This document shows, piece after piece, positions 8,191 to 18,385 of a stretch of DNA of 64,000 bases. Position numbers and translations under genes: made by a program. This DNA is from Ignavibacteria bacterium (GTDB lineage: Bacteria; Bacteroidota; Ignavibacteria; Kapaibacteriales; UBA4661). Below the pieces are notes generated by a model. The model was given only the letters and a program-made list of their open reading frames with translations. It was not told where the DNA came from and did not search any database. The stretch is taken from positions 9,919 through 73,918 of the forward strand of contig CANHDJ010000007.1 of NCBI GenBank assembly GCA_947459425.1, read 5' to 3'. Each line of letters starts with the position of its first letter. Positions within the stretch are counted from its first letter, which is position 1.

Positions 8191-9309
8191 TCACCCCAGC
8201 GCTTGCGACAAATCCATAATCAAATCCTCATAATGCTCCAAACCGACCGAAAGCCTGATTAAACCGTGCGGCGTAGGCGAATCCACGCCTTCGACCGAAG
8301 CACGATGTTCCATGAGGCTTTCGACCGCTCCAAGGCTTGTGGCACAGGTGAAAATCTTGACCTTGCCGCAAACAGCAATCGCCGCATCCCAACCGCCTTT
8401 GACTTCAAATGAAACCATGCCGCCAAAATCCTTCATCTGACGCTTTGCCAAAGCGTGGAAGCGGTTTTCCGGCAAACCGGGAAAATGCACTTTTTCGACA
8501 TTCGGGTGCGATGCAAGAAATTGCGCGACCTTCATCGCATTTTCGCAATGCGCTTTCATGCGCTGAGGAAGCGTCGAGATACTCCGCAGAGTAAGCCAAC
8601 AATCAAACGGCGATGGCACTCCGCCCGTGACTTTTTGATACAACCGCAAACGCTCATAAACCGCTCCCTCATCACGAGTAACAACAATACCGCCCAAAAC
8701 GTCGCTATGTCCGGCAAGATATTTTGTACTGGAATGGAATACCGCATCACAACCGAGTTCAAGGGGCTTTTGCAGAAGTGGTGTTGCCCACGTGTTATCA
8801 CAAACGCAGAGTGCGCCAGCTTTATGGGCAATTTCAGCAACGGCGGCAATATCGGTGAGAAACAGCCCCGGATTCGATGGCGTTTCTGTCCAGACGAGGC
8901 GCGTATTGGGCTTTATCGCTGCTTGTACTGCCGCCAAATCACTCATATCTACGAAACTCGCCTCCAATCCCCATTCGCCATACAATTCCCGCACCAGCCG
9001 ACGCATCGTAAAATAGCAATCCGACGGCATAATAATGTGGTCGCCCGCCTTCAACATTGTGTGGACAAGAGCCGTAGCTGCCGCCATACCCGAAGCAAAC
9101 GCAAGTCCTTGTTTCCCGCCTTCCAAGCCAGCAACGCACTCTTCCAGCGCCGCACGGTTGGGGTTGTCATAACGCGAATAGAGATATGCGTCGTAGCTGC
9201 TATCGGGGGCGTGTTGGAAGGTTGTCGAAAGAACGATGGGCGGCGTAACAGCTTTTGTTGTGGGGTCAATACGCCGTCCGGCGTGTATGGCAAAGGTTTC
9301 GGTGTGCAT
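8191..9309 (-). CDS. PLP-dependent trans-sulfuration enzyme (cystathionine gamma-synthase/lyase family)
   Basis: YSRYDNPNR, FASGMAA, ETPSNP, DNTWATP, HSSTKYLAGHSD (PLP lysine), SLGAVESL. Confidence 0.93.
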   Translation of the reverse strand: MHTETFAIHAGRRIDPTTKAVTPPIVLSTTFQHAPDSSYDAYLYSRYDNPNRAALEECVAGLEGGKQGLAFASGMAAATALVHTMLKAGDHIIMPSDCYFTMRRLVRELYGEWGLEASFVDMSDLAAVQAAIKPNTRLVWTETPSNPGLFLTDIAAVAEIAHKAGALCVCDNTWATPLLQKPLELGCDAVFHSSTKYLAGHSDVLGGIVVTRDEGAVYERLRLYQKVTGGVPSPFDCWLTLRSISTLPQRMKAHCENAMKVAQFLASHPNVEKVHFPGLPENRFHALAKRQMKDFGGMVSFEVKGGWDAAIAVCGKVKIFTCATSLGAVESLMEHRASVEGVDSPTPHGLIRLSVGLEHYEDLIMDLSQALG

Positions 9310-9494
9310 AGCGAAAAAAAAATATGAAGAATGATGAAGGCGGCAATCTCGCTATTTCTTGCGAAATATCCAATTTTTACGCTGTTTTCATGCTCTTCCA
9401 CTCTTGATGGAGAGCAATCATCAAACTGAGACGCACGCCCGAAAGGGTGTTTTAGAATGAAACGGGGGTAATGCGGTCTTTCCGAGAAAATGTG

Positions 9495-9502
9495 TAAGTT
9501 TG
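9495..9502 (+). promoter_or_regulatory. TAnnTTTG -7 promoter element upstream of the 9638 gene
   Basis: TAAGTTTG followed by C in a divergent intergenic region. Confidence 0.45.
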
Positions 9503-9637
9503 CAATGCAGCAACAGCGCATACTTTCGTGCATGACCAAGGGTTCGTATTTTTTGGTCTAATTTTTGCGTTAAGGTGCAATAAGGAACAATGCTTTCCTT
9601 CGTCAATCCCTAATATGTTTATCCAATCTCTACCATC

Positions 9638-12600
9638 ATGCTTTTTGCGTCCCGAATTGTTGGCTTGATAGCAAACGTCGCTGTTGTGCTATGGCTGTTC
9701 TGTTCTGCCGATATTCTTTTGGCACAATCGTCCAAGGTTTTTACGGCGCAGGTATCACCCAAAGGCAAATCTTCTGCGCGATTAAATGCTGCCAAAATAT
9801 TCAACCTCAGTGTTGATCAACTCTGCGACAATCCTGTTTCGACAGGTGGAACGGTAACGATTACGAACAGCGTTACGGAGCAGCCTATGACGGGGCGCAT
9901 TGTTTCCATGACGTTGAGCGGTGCGAACGCTTCGGATTTTACCATCACCGAGCCGACAACCTTGCCAGCAAATGTGTCTACTGATGGTAAGCTGATTATT
10001 ATTCGTTTTAACAGTATGGTCTTTGGCATACGCACCGCACAACTGCGTATTACGACGGTTCAAGATGACGGAACACCGATTCCCGATGCGATTGTGGTGA
10101 ATCTCATGGGTCGTCGTGGGCGCAGTGCTTTTGATCTTTTTAGCCAAGTCTTCGATTTTGGTACTGTTGCCTCGAATACGCCTGCTACTGCAACTTTCCC
10201 ATGGATGCGAAATACTGGAACAGAACCGTTGGAGTGGCGCATTAACTTCACTGCCGATCCCAATTTTACGATTTTGAATACCAGACCCATGCCACGCCTT
10301 GTAACCGAACCGGGTGGGCTTCCGTATCTTCTTGTTACGCTGCCGCCCAACGATACGCTTTGGCTGACGGCACGATTTAACGGTGCTGTGGCGGGACAGA
10401 CAATTCGCGGCTTTCAATATTCTCCCATCAATTTGGGATGTGGTTTCCGACAAATATTTGAGTTTACCGCCCAAACCGTCCAAAATCCGCCGAATATCAC
10501 CGCCCGCAATATCGTTCAGGGCGTAGAAACGCCTATTCGTAGCACAAGGCTTTATCTCGGCGATTTTATTTGTCCCGGTCGAGATGCGCCTTTCAAAGAT
10601 ACAACACTGAAAATCTATAATTCCGGGCAGGTGACTTTGAATGTAACCGGTGCAACGTTTAATCATCCAGACTTTCAGATTATCAGCCCGGCGAACCTTT
10701 CGCCTCAAAACCCTTTGGCAGTAACGTTCAACACCTCGCGGGAACTCACCGTGCGCTATACGCCGCGCCTGACAAGCATTTTGGACTTTGATACTGTCGC
10801 AATGACCCTCTTTTCCAATGCCGCCAATGCGCCTACGGGACAAATTGCGGGCAGTACAACGGTAAATTTTCGGGTACGCAACGATGCTGTAAGAATTACG
10901 GTGTCGAAGCAGTTGTTGGACTTTGGTTCCGTAGTGCGTGGTACCACAGCACCCGCACAGACCTTTACTATTCGCAATAATGGAACGACACCACAGCCAA
11001 TTTTGCCCATTAGTAGTGCAAATTTTTTGGTCACAATTCCCACGACTATTTTACAGCCCGATGAAGAGACAACAGTATCGGTGCGCCCTGTGAATACAAG
11101 TACGGCAGGTGTTTTTCGTGAAACATGGCGTATTGCGGATCTTTGCGGAGTCGAAACGCCCATTACCGTCCAAATCACCGTCAACCGCCCCAATCCTACC
11201 ATCGGGCTTGCTGTTCCCGTCAGTTTTGGGCGTTTGGTCTGCGAGACGGAGAACATTATCACGCAATCTATCGCCAACACGGGCAACGACGCGAATGATC
11301 TTGTTATCACGGACTTACGGATTGTCGGCATAAGCAATGGTGCGTTTTCGCTCGTGCAAGCGCCCGCATTGCCGCTTTCTATCCCGTCCGGCCAATCGCG
11401 CACCGTGCAGATACGCTTCCGTCCGAACCGCACGGGCGCTATCACCGACACACTCCGCATTGTGTCTAATGCCGGGGGAACACCGACCTTTAATGCCGCA
11501 CTTAATGGTGCAAAAGATTCCGTCAGTTTCCGGCTTTCCCGCACGGCGGTCAATTTCGTGAATATTCTTCCTAATGCCGCCGCCCAAGATGTTATCACGG
11601 TTTTCAATACTGGGACAGTTCCCATACGCTGGGGCGCTACTTCCTTTAGCATTGCCAGCCCTTTTTCGTTGCAATTCGACCCGCCGGAAACACCTGTTGG
11701 CGGTTCATCGCAGGTGCGAGTGAATTTCCTTGGTAGCGCGGTGGATGCTTCTGCAACGGGAACGCTCACCGACACGTGCGGTCGGGCGCAAACCATCAGC
11801 GTCAGCGCAACAATTCTCCGCCCATACATCGCCGCAACGCCGTCGGTATCCTTTGGAACATTGGTCTGCGAAACTTCGTCCAATGGGCAAATTAGCATCA
11901 CAAATACGGGAGGGCAGGATTTAGTAGTGAGCGCCATTACACCATCTTCGACGCTTTTTTCGGTACAAGCGCCAATGCTGCCTTTGCGATTGGCAAGAAA
12001 TGCCTCGGCAGCGATTCCCGTCGTCTTTCGACCGCTTCCCACTACACAGGGCGCGGCAAATGCGACAATTACGATAACATCCAATGCTGCAAACGGCTCT
12101 TCAACGACAACAACACTCTCTGCTGTGAAAAATGTTCTGGACTTTGAGTTCGTGCGCCGTTTTTCAAGCGATTTACCCAATATTGTCAGCCGCTCCCTCG
12201 GCGACGTTCCTCCGAACACGCCCGTTAGCGATACACTCTCGCTGCGCAATACGGGCAATCTGCCTATCACCTGGCAAGCGCCTTTTTACTCGCCCGATTC
12301 CCTGTTTATTATCGAAAGCGTTTCGCCGAACCCCACGCCGCCCCGTGCGACAGCCGTGATGCGCGTTCGCTATGTTGGCTCCGCCTGCCCGGACTCGAAA
12401 ATTACGCCAAATGGTATTGAGGTTTTGTCCAATTATGGGTTTGATTGCAACAAACAGCCCGCACGAGTCACGCTTTCGGCACGAACACTGCCAGCAACGG
12501 CACGGCTTTGGACGGATTCGATTTCGGCGGGTATCAGCGACACGACAAGTTTGCCTATTCGCCTTCGCAACCCGCAGTATCTCCGTGAGGCTGGCGTGAC

Positions 12601-13189
12601 GGGCTTCCGCTTTGTTTTGCGGTATGATTTCTCAACGCTCGTGCCGCTTGCCGCCGACAAAGGAACAATCGTGGGTTCATCGCGTTTGCAGCCCGTTACC
12701 CTGATGTTGCCGTCGCCTATTCCTGCCGATAGTATTTTGGGGCGTGTGGCGTTCCAAGCGACGCTCGGTAGCACATCGGGAACGCTGATAACGATTGAAA
12801 ATCTGGAAGCACTCGGCAGCACGGGCGCAAGTTGCATAATCTTCGACAGCGCGGGTGTGCGAGGGAAGTTCATCCTGCAACGCATTTGCTTAGAAGGCGG
12901 AATGCGGCTAGTGACGGCAGCCACAACGCGCACGACCCTTGCGCAAAACAAGCCAAATCCGGCTTCCGACGTAACAACGATTGATTTTTCGCTCTTGGAG
13001 CGGGGCTTAACAACAATAACGGTCTATTCCATCATGGGCGAAGCAGTGCTGCAAGCAATGACCGACCGTTTAGAACCGGGCGCGTATTCGCTGGATTTGG
13101 AGGTAAATCGCTTGCCCTCTGGCGTATATTTCTACGTTCTCCAAACACCAACCGACCGCAAAACCCGTAGAATGGAGGTTATCCGATGA
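9638..13189 (+). CDS. T9SS-secreted protein with about 8 choice-of-anchor D (ASH-type Ig) domains, a cohesin-like domain and a type A C-terminal sorting domain
   Basis: Signal peptide; repeated DFG.V / NTG / F.P / SNA units; C-terminus LAQNKPNPASD...LPSGVYFYVL...RRMEVIR. Confidence 0.85.
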   Translation: MLFASRIVGLIANVAVVLWLFCSADILLAQSSKVFTAQVSPKGKSSARLNAAKIFNLSVDQLCDNPVSTGGTVTITNSVTEQPMTGRIVSMTLSGANASDFTITEPTTLPANVSTDGKLIIIRFNSMVFGIRTAQLRITTVQDDGTPIPDAIVVNLMGRRGRSAFDLFSQVFDFGTVASNTPATATFPWMRNTGTEPLEWRINFTADPNFTILNTRPMPRLVTEPGGLPYLLVTLPPNDTLWLTARFNGAVAGQTIRGFQYSPINLGCGFRQIFEFTAQTVQNPPNITARNIVQGVETPIRSTRLYLGDFICPGRDAPFKDTTLKIYNSGQVTLNVTGATFNHPDFQIISPANLSPQNPLAVTFNTSRELTVRYTPRLTSILDFDTVAMTLFSNAANAPTGQIAGSTTVNFRVRNDAVRITVSKQLLDFGSVVRGTTAPAQTFTIRNNGTTPQPILPISSANFLVTIPTTILQPDEETTVSVRPVNTSTAGVFRETWRIADLCGVETPITVQITVNRPNPTIGLAVPVSFGRLVCETENIITQSIANTGNDANDLVITDLRIVGISNGAFSLVQAPALPLSIPSGQSRTVQIRFRPNRTGAITDTLRIVSNAGGTPTFNAALNGAKDSVSFRLSRTAVNFVNILPNAAAQDVITVFNTGTVPIRWGATSFSIASPFSLQFDPPETPVGGSSQVRVNFLGSAVDASATGTLTDTCGRAQTISVSATILRPYIAATPSVSFGTLVCETSSNGQISITNTGGQDLVVSAITPSSTLFSVQAPMLPLRLARNASAAIPVVFRPLPTTQGAANATITITSNAANGSSTTTTLSAVKNVLDFEFVRRFSSDLPNIVSRSLGDVPPNTPVSDTLSLRNTGNLPITWQAPFYSPDSLFIIESVSPNPTPPRATAVMRVRYVGSACPDSKITPNGIEVLSNYGFDCNKQPARVTLSARTLPATARLWTDSISAGISDTTSLPIRLRNPQYLREAGVTGFRFVLRYDFSTLVPLAADKGTIVGSSRLQPVTLMLPSPIPADSILGRVAFQATLGSTSGTLITIENLEALGSTGASCIIFDSAGVRGKFILQRICLEGGMRLVTAATTRTTLAQNKPNPASDVTTIDFSLLERGLTTITVYSIMGEAVLQAMTDRLEPGAYSLDLEVNRLPSGVYFYVLQTPTDRKTRRMEVIR

Positions 13190-15351
13190 AAAAGCGATTA
13201 CTGTTAAAGCGATTACTGTTCTGGCTCTTGGCGCTTTTTGCTCTACAAACGCCGCTTGCCGCACAAAAGCTGGATTCTTCCGCTCGTACACGTTTTGGTG
13301 TTTTCGGGCAGTTCGCCTACAATATGCACCGCGCTAATTTTGCGACATTGCCGGGCGTACCAAATTGCTGCCCGCAATTTACCGATGCCGTCAGCAACGC
13401 TTATGCACTAGGCGCAATGTTCGATATTCCAATGAGTAATGCCTTTGGTTTCTCGCTTCGTGCAAGCTATACGCCTACGCCAGGGCGTTTTCAAGGCACC
13501 GAAAGCGATCCGTTGACGGCGTTGCAAAATATCGGCGGCGTACCAATTCCGGGAAGTAGCTTTTTTTATGTTCTTGACGCAAAACTCCGAAGCGTAGGAT
13601 TAGAAGCACTTCTGACAATAAAGCCTCTGACAGGATTAACGCGAACTGATGACGGTCTCACCGTTCTTCTCGGCGCACGAGCCGGATACGTGGTGCAGCG
13701 CGATTTCGAGCAGAAAGAAGAAACATTTGCTGACTCGGTGTTGTTTGTTGACACCCGAAGCCGCTTGCGCAATGTCGTGAAAAGCAGCATTCCCGAAGCC
13801 AGCGCTTACAATATCTCGCTCATGGGCGGCTTGGCATGGGAAATCCCGCTCAACGCCAAGCGCACGGTCTATATCACGCCGGAGGTGTTTTACTCCTTTC
13901 CGCTTACGCCCGTTATCCCAAGTGCCGCATTAAATGGTGCTTGGAGCGTTCATCAAATTCGTGCGGGCATTGCGCTGAAGTTTGCGCCGGAACGAAAAGT
14001 TATTGACACCACCAGCACCGAAGCACCTCCACCACCGCCCGTGCGCGATAGCACACCTGTTACGGTGGTTACGCCGCCCAGCAAAGGCGATACGCCGTCA
14101 GAGCCAACGCCGAAAACAGGCGTTGAGGTTGGTGGCAAAGAACTTTCCGCATCGCTCACCGCCGTTGGTGTGGAGCGCGACGGCAAGGAACTGAGCAACG
14201 TGACCTTTCGGATTGAAGAATTTTTATCCACGAATTTGCGCCCGCTTCTGCCTTACGTCTTTTTTGAGCAGGGCAGCGATAATATTCCCGAACGCTACGA
14301 CCGCCTTTCAAAACGTGATGTAGATGATTTTTATGTGGATAAACTGCATAACTACGAAATGTTGGAGACCTATCACCACATTATGAACATCGTCGGGCGA
14401 AGAATGTTGGCGCACCCGAACGCCAGACTCACGATTACGGGCTGCAACGACAATACGGCGACGGGAGAGCGCGGAAATACAGCACTTTCCTATCGTCGTG
14501 CGAAGGCAGTGCGTGATTATTTGACGAATGTGTGGAATATTGACACGGCGCGAATGCCGATTCAAGTCCGCAATCTTCCCGCAACGCCGACGGTTTCTAA
14601 CACCAAACTCTACGATACCGAAGTTGTGCAAGAAAATCGCCGGGCGGAGTTTTCCTCCGATACATGGGAAATTCTCGAACCTATCAAAACGCAAGATACC
14701 GTGCGGACGGTCTCGCCGCCGATTATTCGCTTGCGACCACGCATAAAACTGCCTTCGGGGAACGTCAAGGAATGGCGCGTCACGGTAGGGCAGGACGGTC
14801 AGGTATTGAAAGAGTTTCGCGGAACGGGCGCTATTCCTGCGGTTTTGGATTGGAATATTACGGAAAACCAAGCCACCGTGCCACGTGCGCCGACACCGCT
14901 TGAATACTCGCTCTCGGCTGTGGACGATAGCGGCAATCGCCTTTCGACCAAAGGCTCGTCGCCGGTGGAGCAGATAACGATATTGCGCAAGCGCCGCGAA
15001 CGCCTCAAAGACCGTGAAATTGACCGTTACAGTTTGATTTTGTTTGATTTCGATAAATCGAATTTAACAGCAATTCAAAATCGTATTGCTTCTTTTATCA
15101 AAACACAAATCGCACAAGAAGCAACGGTGCGCATTTCGGGCTATACCGATTACACAAACCCGCTTGATTACTCGCTGCGCCTCTCCAAAGCCCGCGCCCG
15201 CGAAACAGCATCGGCATTGGATTTAGCAAAAAAAGCAGAAGTGCGTGGTCTGGGAAAAACCGTGTTGTTGTACGACACCGAGATCCCGGAAGGGCGCTTT
15301 TACTGCCGTACTGTGACGATTGTCGTTGAAACGCCAATTCAGCCGGAGTAA
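13186..15351 (+). CDS. outer-membrane beta-barrel fused through a Pro-rich linker to two OmpA-like domains
   Basis: Signal peptide, amphipathic strands ending QIRAGIALKF, APPPPP linker, ITGCND..LSYRRAKAVRDYL..NRRAEF and LFDFDKS..GYTD..LSKARA; ATGA overlap with the upstream gene. Confidence 0.85.
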   Translation: MKKRLLLKRLLFWLLALFALQTPLAAQKLDSSARTRFGVFGQFAYNMHRANFATLPGVPNCCPQFTDAVSNAYALGAMFDIPMSNAFGFSLRASYTPTPGRFQGTESDPLTALQNIGGVPIPGSSFFYVLDAKLRSVGLEALLTIKPLTGLTRTDDGLTVLLGARAGYVVQRDFEQKEETFADSVLFVDTRSRLRNVVKSSIPEASAYNISLMGGLAWEIPLNAKRTVYITPEVFYSFPLTPVIPSAALNGAWSVHQIRAGIALKFAPERKVIDTTSTEAPPPPPVRDSTPVTVVTPPSKGDTPSEPTPKTGVEVGGKELSASLTAVGVERDGKELSNVTFRIEEFLSTNLRPLLPYVFFEQGSDNIPERYDRLSKRDVDDFYVDKLHNYEMLETYHHIMNIVGRRMLAHPNARLTITGCNDNTATGERGNTALSYRRAKAVRDYLTNVWNIDTARMPIQVRNLPATPTVSNTKLYDTEVVQENRRAEFSSDTWEILEPIKTQDTVRTVSPPIIRLRPRIKLPSGNVKEWRVTVGQDGQVLKEFRGTGAIPAVLDWNITENQATVPRAPTPLEYSLSAVDDSGNRLSTKGSSPVEQITILRKRRERLKDREIDRYSLILFDFDKSNLTAIQNRIASFIKTQIAQEATVRISGYTDYTNPLDYSLRLSKARARETASALDLAKKAEVRGLGKTVLLYDTEIPEGRFYCRTVTIVVETPIQPE

Positions 15352-15470
15352 GATGTGTGAGAATTGTGCAGGAACAATTTGTATTTCTCTCATTCGTTTG
15401 ATAATTTAGACATGACAAATTATCCTTGCTACTCTTGCTCGTCCTTTGTTCCATTTTTCCTCATTTGACC

Positions 15471-16379
15471 ATGTTCCTCTCACCACATCTCCATTTTCGC
15501 GCACTATTGATGATTGCTTGCGTAGCAAGCCTTGGTTTAGCAGCACAAACAACCCTTTTCGCTCAGGAAAACGAAGGCTCATCGCCGTTGGAACTCGGTC
15601 GGCGTGTTGTGCCGGATGTGATTGGTATCATTGCCGGTCCCGGCTTTAATGTACAGAACGGCTCGTTTGTGACGGATACGTGCCAATGCAAATTTAACAA
15701 TGGAGTAGGCGCGGGCTTGGTGGTTGGATTAATGTATGAGAAAAATTTACTCACGCCAAACGCAACATGGCGACTAGGAACGGTGAATATCGGCGCTCGT
15801 CTGATGTACGAGAATCGCAACATCAATGCGGCTTTTAGGGAATATGAGACTCTCTCGTTTCGCTCACCAACCCGACCGGAGCTATCGTTCTCTATTCCGA
15901 CGCTGTTCCGCCACTTAGCGGAATTGAATTTTTCTATGATTACTCTCAGTCCGTATGTGGCTTGGAATCCTCTGAGTATTGGCATTTTCCAACCATTTGT
16001 GCAAGTTGGCTTGCAAGGCGGTCTCATCGTCAATAGTCGGCTGCGGCATACTATCTCTGTTCTTGAGCCGGAAAAAGTTTTACCGAATGGTGAGAGATCA
16101 ACTGCCTCCATTCAGATTATTAGAGGTCAAGATACGACGTATTCCGACCGCAAAGTTCTCCAAGATAATGATATTACGAACCGCGTTAATACGGTGCAGA
16201 TTGCAGCCAATATAGCCGTTGGTACGGATATTCCTTTTGGCACACGCTTTCGCCTCAGCCCGATGCTCAACTATGTTATCCCCTTAACTCAAATGCTATC
16301 AAGCCCGACCTTGAACGAAAATTTCAGCATTTCTTCTTGGCAGGTCTTAGTAGCGCTGAAAATGACCTTGGAACGCTGA
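15471..16379 (+). CDS. outer-membrane beta-barrel protein (PorT-like)
   Basis: Signal peptide, amphipathic strands, [10 protein letters not shown] motif, terminal strand [10 protein letters not shown]; resembles the barrel of the upstream gene. Confidence 0.7.
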   Translation: MFLSPHLHFRALLMIACVASLGLAAQTTLFAQENEGSSPLELGRRVVPDVIGIIAGPGFNVQNGSFVTDTCQCKFNNGVGAGLVVGLMYEKNLLTPNATWRLGTVNIGARLMYENRNINAAFREYETLSFRSPTRPELSFSIPTLFRHLAELNFSMITLSPYVAWNPLSIGIFQPFVQVGLQGGLIVNSRLRHTISVLEPEKVLPNGERSTASIQIIRGQDTTYSDRKVLQDNDITNRVNTVQIAANIAVGTDIPFGTRFRLSPMLNYVIPLTQMLSSPTLNENFSISSWQVLVALKMTLER

Positions 16380-16422
16380 GGTTTCTGCACAGACTCTGGA
16401 TCGGAACGGTTCAAATATTGCT

Positions 16423-16452
16423 CCGTCGGGCGGCTTCTTCGCCGTCCGGCGG
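16423..16452 (+). repeat. REP-like palindrome family A, copy 1
   Basis: CCGTCGGGCGGC-TTCTTC-GCCGTCCGGCGG, 12-bp stem with two G-T pairs. Confidence 0.85.
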
Positions 16453-16482
16453 GTGGTCTTTACTCCCATTCTTTTAATTTTT

Positions 16483-16956
16483 ATGGCAATCAAAACTCTT
16501 GAAGGTATCTTTAATGCTCAAGGAAAATCCTTTGGCATCGTTGTGGCACGGTGGAATAGCTTTGTCGTGAACAAACTCTTGGAAGGCTCATTGGATGCGC
16601 TGCGGCGGCATAATGTCCCCGATGAAGCGATTACTGTTGCGTATTGCCCGGGAAGTTTTGAGATACCGCTTGTTGTCAAAGCAATGGCGGACAGCAAAAA
16701 ATATGATGCGGTGATTGCACTTGGGGCGGTGATTCGTGGTTCCACGCCTCATTTTGACTATGTTGCGGCTGAAGTAACCAAAGGCGTTGCACACGTAGGG
16801 CTTGATTCGGGCGTTCCCTGCGTCTTTGGCGTTTTGACAACCGACACGATTGAACAAGCCATAGAGCGCTCCGGCACAAAAGCTGGCAATAAGGGCTTTG
16901 AAGCGGCGACGGTTGCTATTGAAATGGCTTCATTACTGGATGCACTAAAAAAATAA
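16483..16956 (+). CDS. ribH: 6,7-dimethyl-8-ribityllumazine synthase
   Basis: [55 protein letters not shown]. Confidence 0.98.
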   Translation: MAIKTLEGIFNAQGKSFGIVVARWNSFVVNKLLEGSLDALRRHNVPDEAITVAYCPGSFEIPLVVKAMADSKKYDAVIALGAVIRGSTPHFDYVAAEVTKGVAHVGLDSGVPCVFGVLTTDTIEQAIERSGTKAGNKGFEAATVAIEMASLLDALKK

Positions 16957-16981
16957 TGGAGAAAATCTTTCCAGAAACCCG

Positions 16982-17010
16982 CGCCGGACGGCGAAGAAGC
17001 CGCCCGACGG
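16982..17010 (-). repeat. REP-like palindrome family A, copy 2
   Basis: Exact 29-nt reverse complement of 16423-16451. Confidence 0.9.
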
Positions 17011-17080
17011 GGAGACTGTTCCTTCTTATTCGCACCACAAACACTGCGTTATCTACGCCATCACACGCTGCACGAACCGC

Positions 17081-17120
17081 GCCATCCGGCGGCTTCTTCG
17101 CCGTCGGGTGGCTTCTTCAC
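17081..17120 (+). repeat. REP-like palindrome family A, copy 3 with overlapping partial copy
   Basis: GCCATCCGGCGGC-TTCTTC-GCCGTCGGGTGGC then TTCTTCAC; stem preserved by paired substitutions. Confidence 0.75.
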
Positions 17121-17172
17121 TCTCTACCTACATTGCTTCCCTTCTTCTCCCAGACGTACCCTCAACTCAAGC

Positions 17173-18297
17173 ATGACCCCAAAACCTCTCATTCTCTCCG
17201 TTGTCGGCGCACGACCAAATTTTATGAAAGTTGCGCCGATTCATCGTGTGTTCTCTGCACCTGAGTTTACCAGCCTTACACAGCACCAAATCGTTCACAC
17301 GGGGCAGCATTACGACGCTGCCATGTCGGATGCTTTTTTTCGTGACCTCGAAATGCCCGAACCCAAGTATTTCCTTGGTGTTGGCTCTGGCTCTCATGCC
17401 GAGCAGACGGCAAGAGTAATCGTTGAATTTGAAAAGGTGTGTTTGGAGGCAAAGCCCGCATTGGTACTGGTTGTTGGGGATGTCAATTCCACCATTGCCG
17501 CTACATTGACGGCAACAAAACTCGGCATACCTGTCGCACACGTCGAAGCCGGCTTGCGAAGCGGCGACCGCACCATGCCGGAAGAACTCAATCGTATTGC
17601 CACCGATGCACTCTGCGATTATGCTTTTGTTACCGAGAAAAGTGGTGTCGATAATCTTTTACGTGAGAATTTTCGGTATGACCGCGTGCATTTTGTTGGG
17701 AATACGATGATTGATTCACTCCATTTTGCTCTGTCCAAAGCCCGTCAATCCCCAATTCTGCATGACCTTTCGCTAGAAGACCGCCAGTATGCCCTTGTAA
17801 CGCTCCACCGCCCGTCGAATGTGGATGATGCGGTGCAGTTGCAGTCGCTCGTGGAAATGCTCCTAGAAGCGGCGGAAACGTGTTCTATCGTGTTTCCTGT
17901 GCATCCGCGCACACGCAAACATTTGGAGCGTTTTGGGCTTCTGGGACGTATCGAACAGCATCCGCGCTTTATTCTCACCGAGCCGCAAGGTTACGTGAAT
18001 TTCCTTGCGCTGATGATGAACGCCCGTTTTGTAATGACCGATTCCGGCGGTGTCCAAGAAGAAACAACCGCGCTTGGGGTCTCGTGTTTGACGCTTCGCA
18101 CGACAACCGAGCGCCCGATTACGTGCGAAATTGGAACAAATATTCTTATCCCGCCCACAACGGAAAATATTCGCACAGCGCTCCGAAAGGCGCTTCAAGA
18201 GACTGCCCCGCCATCGTACACGCTGCCACCGCTCTGGGACGGAAAAGCTGCCGAACGCATTGCCGCGATTATTGCTCAGGAATGCCTCAAAAGCTAG
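17173..18297 (+). CDS. wecB: UDP-N-acetylglucosamine 2-epimerase (non-hydrolyzing)
   Basis: VVGARPNFMK, HTGQHYD, VGDVNST, HVEAGLRS, TDSGGVQEE, WDGKAAERI. Confidence 0.96.
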   Translation: MTPKPLILSVVGARPNFMKVAPIHRVFSAPEFTSLTQHQIVHTGQHYDAAMSDAFFRDLEMPEPKYFLGVGSGSHAEQTARVIVEFEKVCLEAKPALVLVVGDVNSTIAATLTATKLGIPVAHVEAGLRSGDRTMPEELNRIATDALCDYAFVTEKSGVDNLLRENFRYDRVHFVGNTMIDSLHFALSKARQSPILHDLSLEDRQYALVTLHRPSNVDDAVQLQSLVEMLLEAAETCSIVFPVHPRTRKHLERFGLLGRIEQHPRFILTEPQGYVNFLALMMNARFVMTDSGGVQEETTALGVSCLTLRTTTERPITCEIGTNILIPPTTENIRTALRKALQETAPPSYTLPPLWDGKAAERIAAIIAQECLKS

Positions 18298-18312
18298 AAA
18301 AAAGATTTCTTG

Positions 18313-18343
18313 CTGACAATTCCGTAGAAAAAGCGTAGTTTTG
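18313..18343 (+). promoter_or_regulatory. putative promoter for hslO
   Basis: CTGACA, 17-nt spacer, TAGTTTTG (fits TAnnTTTG). Confidence 0.5.
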
Positions 18344-18385
18344 CGTCCAATATTTTTTCTTTTTCATCTGGAAAGGCTGACCATT

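Noticed and set aside
9310-9500. SAM, TPP or c-di-GMP riboswitch in the leader (ATCAAGAG on minus strand; CTGAGA and a GAAA-loop hairpin on plus strand)
   Set aside because: Only isolated fragments match; core motifs such as GCAACC or AACCTGA are missing. An Rfam scan would settle it.
10756-12270. 504-aa antisense ORF inside the Ig-repeat gene (likewise 40397..41656 and 54671..55648)
   Set aside because: Antisense shadows of long coding genes; no independent motifs.
16380-16482. FMN riboswitch upstream of ribH
   Set aside because: The leader is short and lacks the RFN consensus; the hairpin there is the dispersed family A repeat.
16956-17264. 102-aa ORF between ribH and wecB
   Set aside because: Mostly a translation of repeat copies, and it overlaps wecB out of frame.
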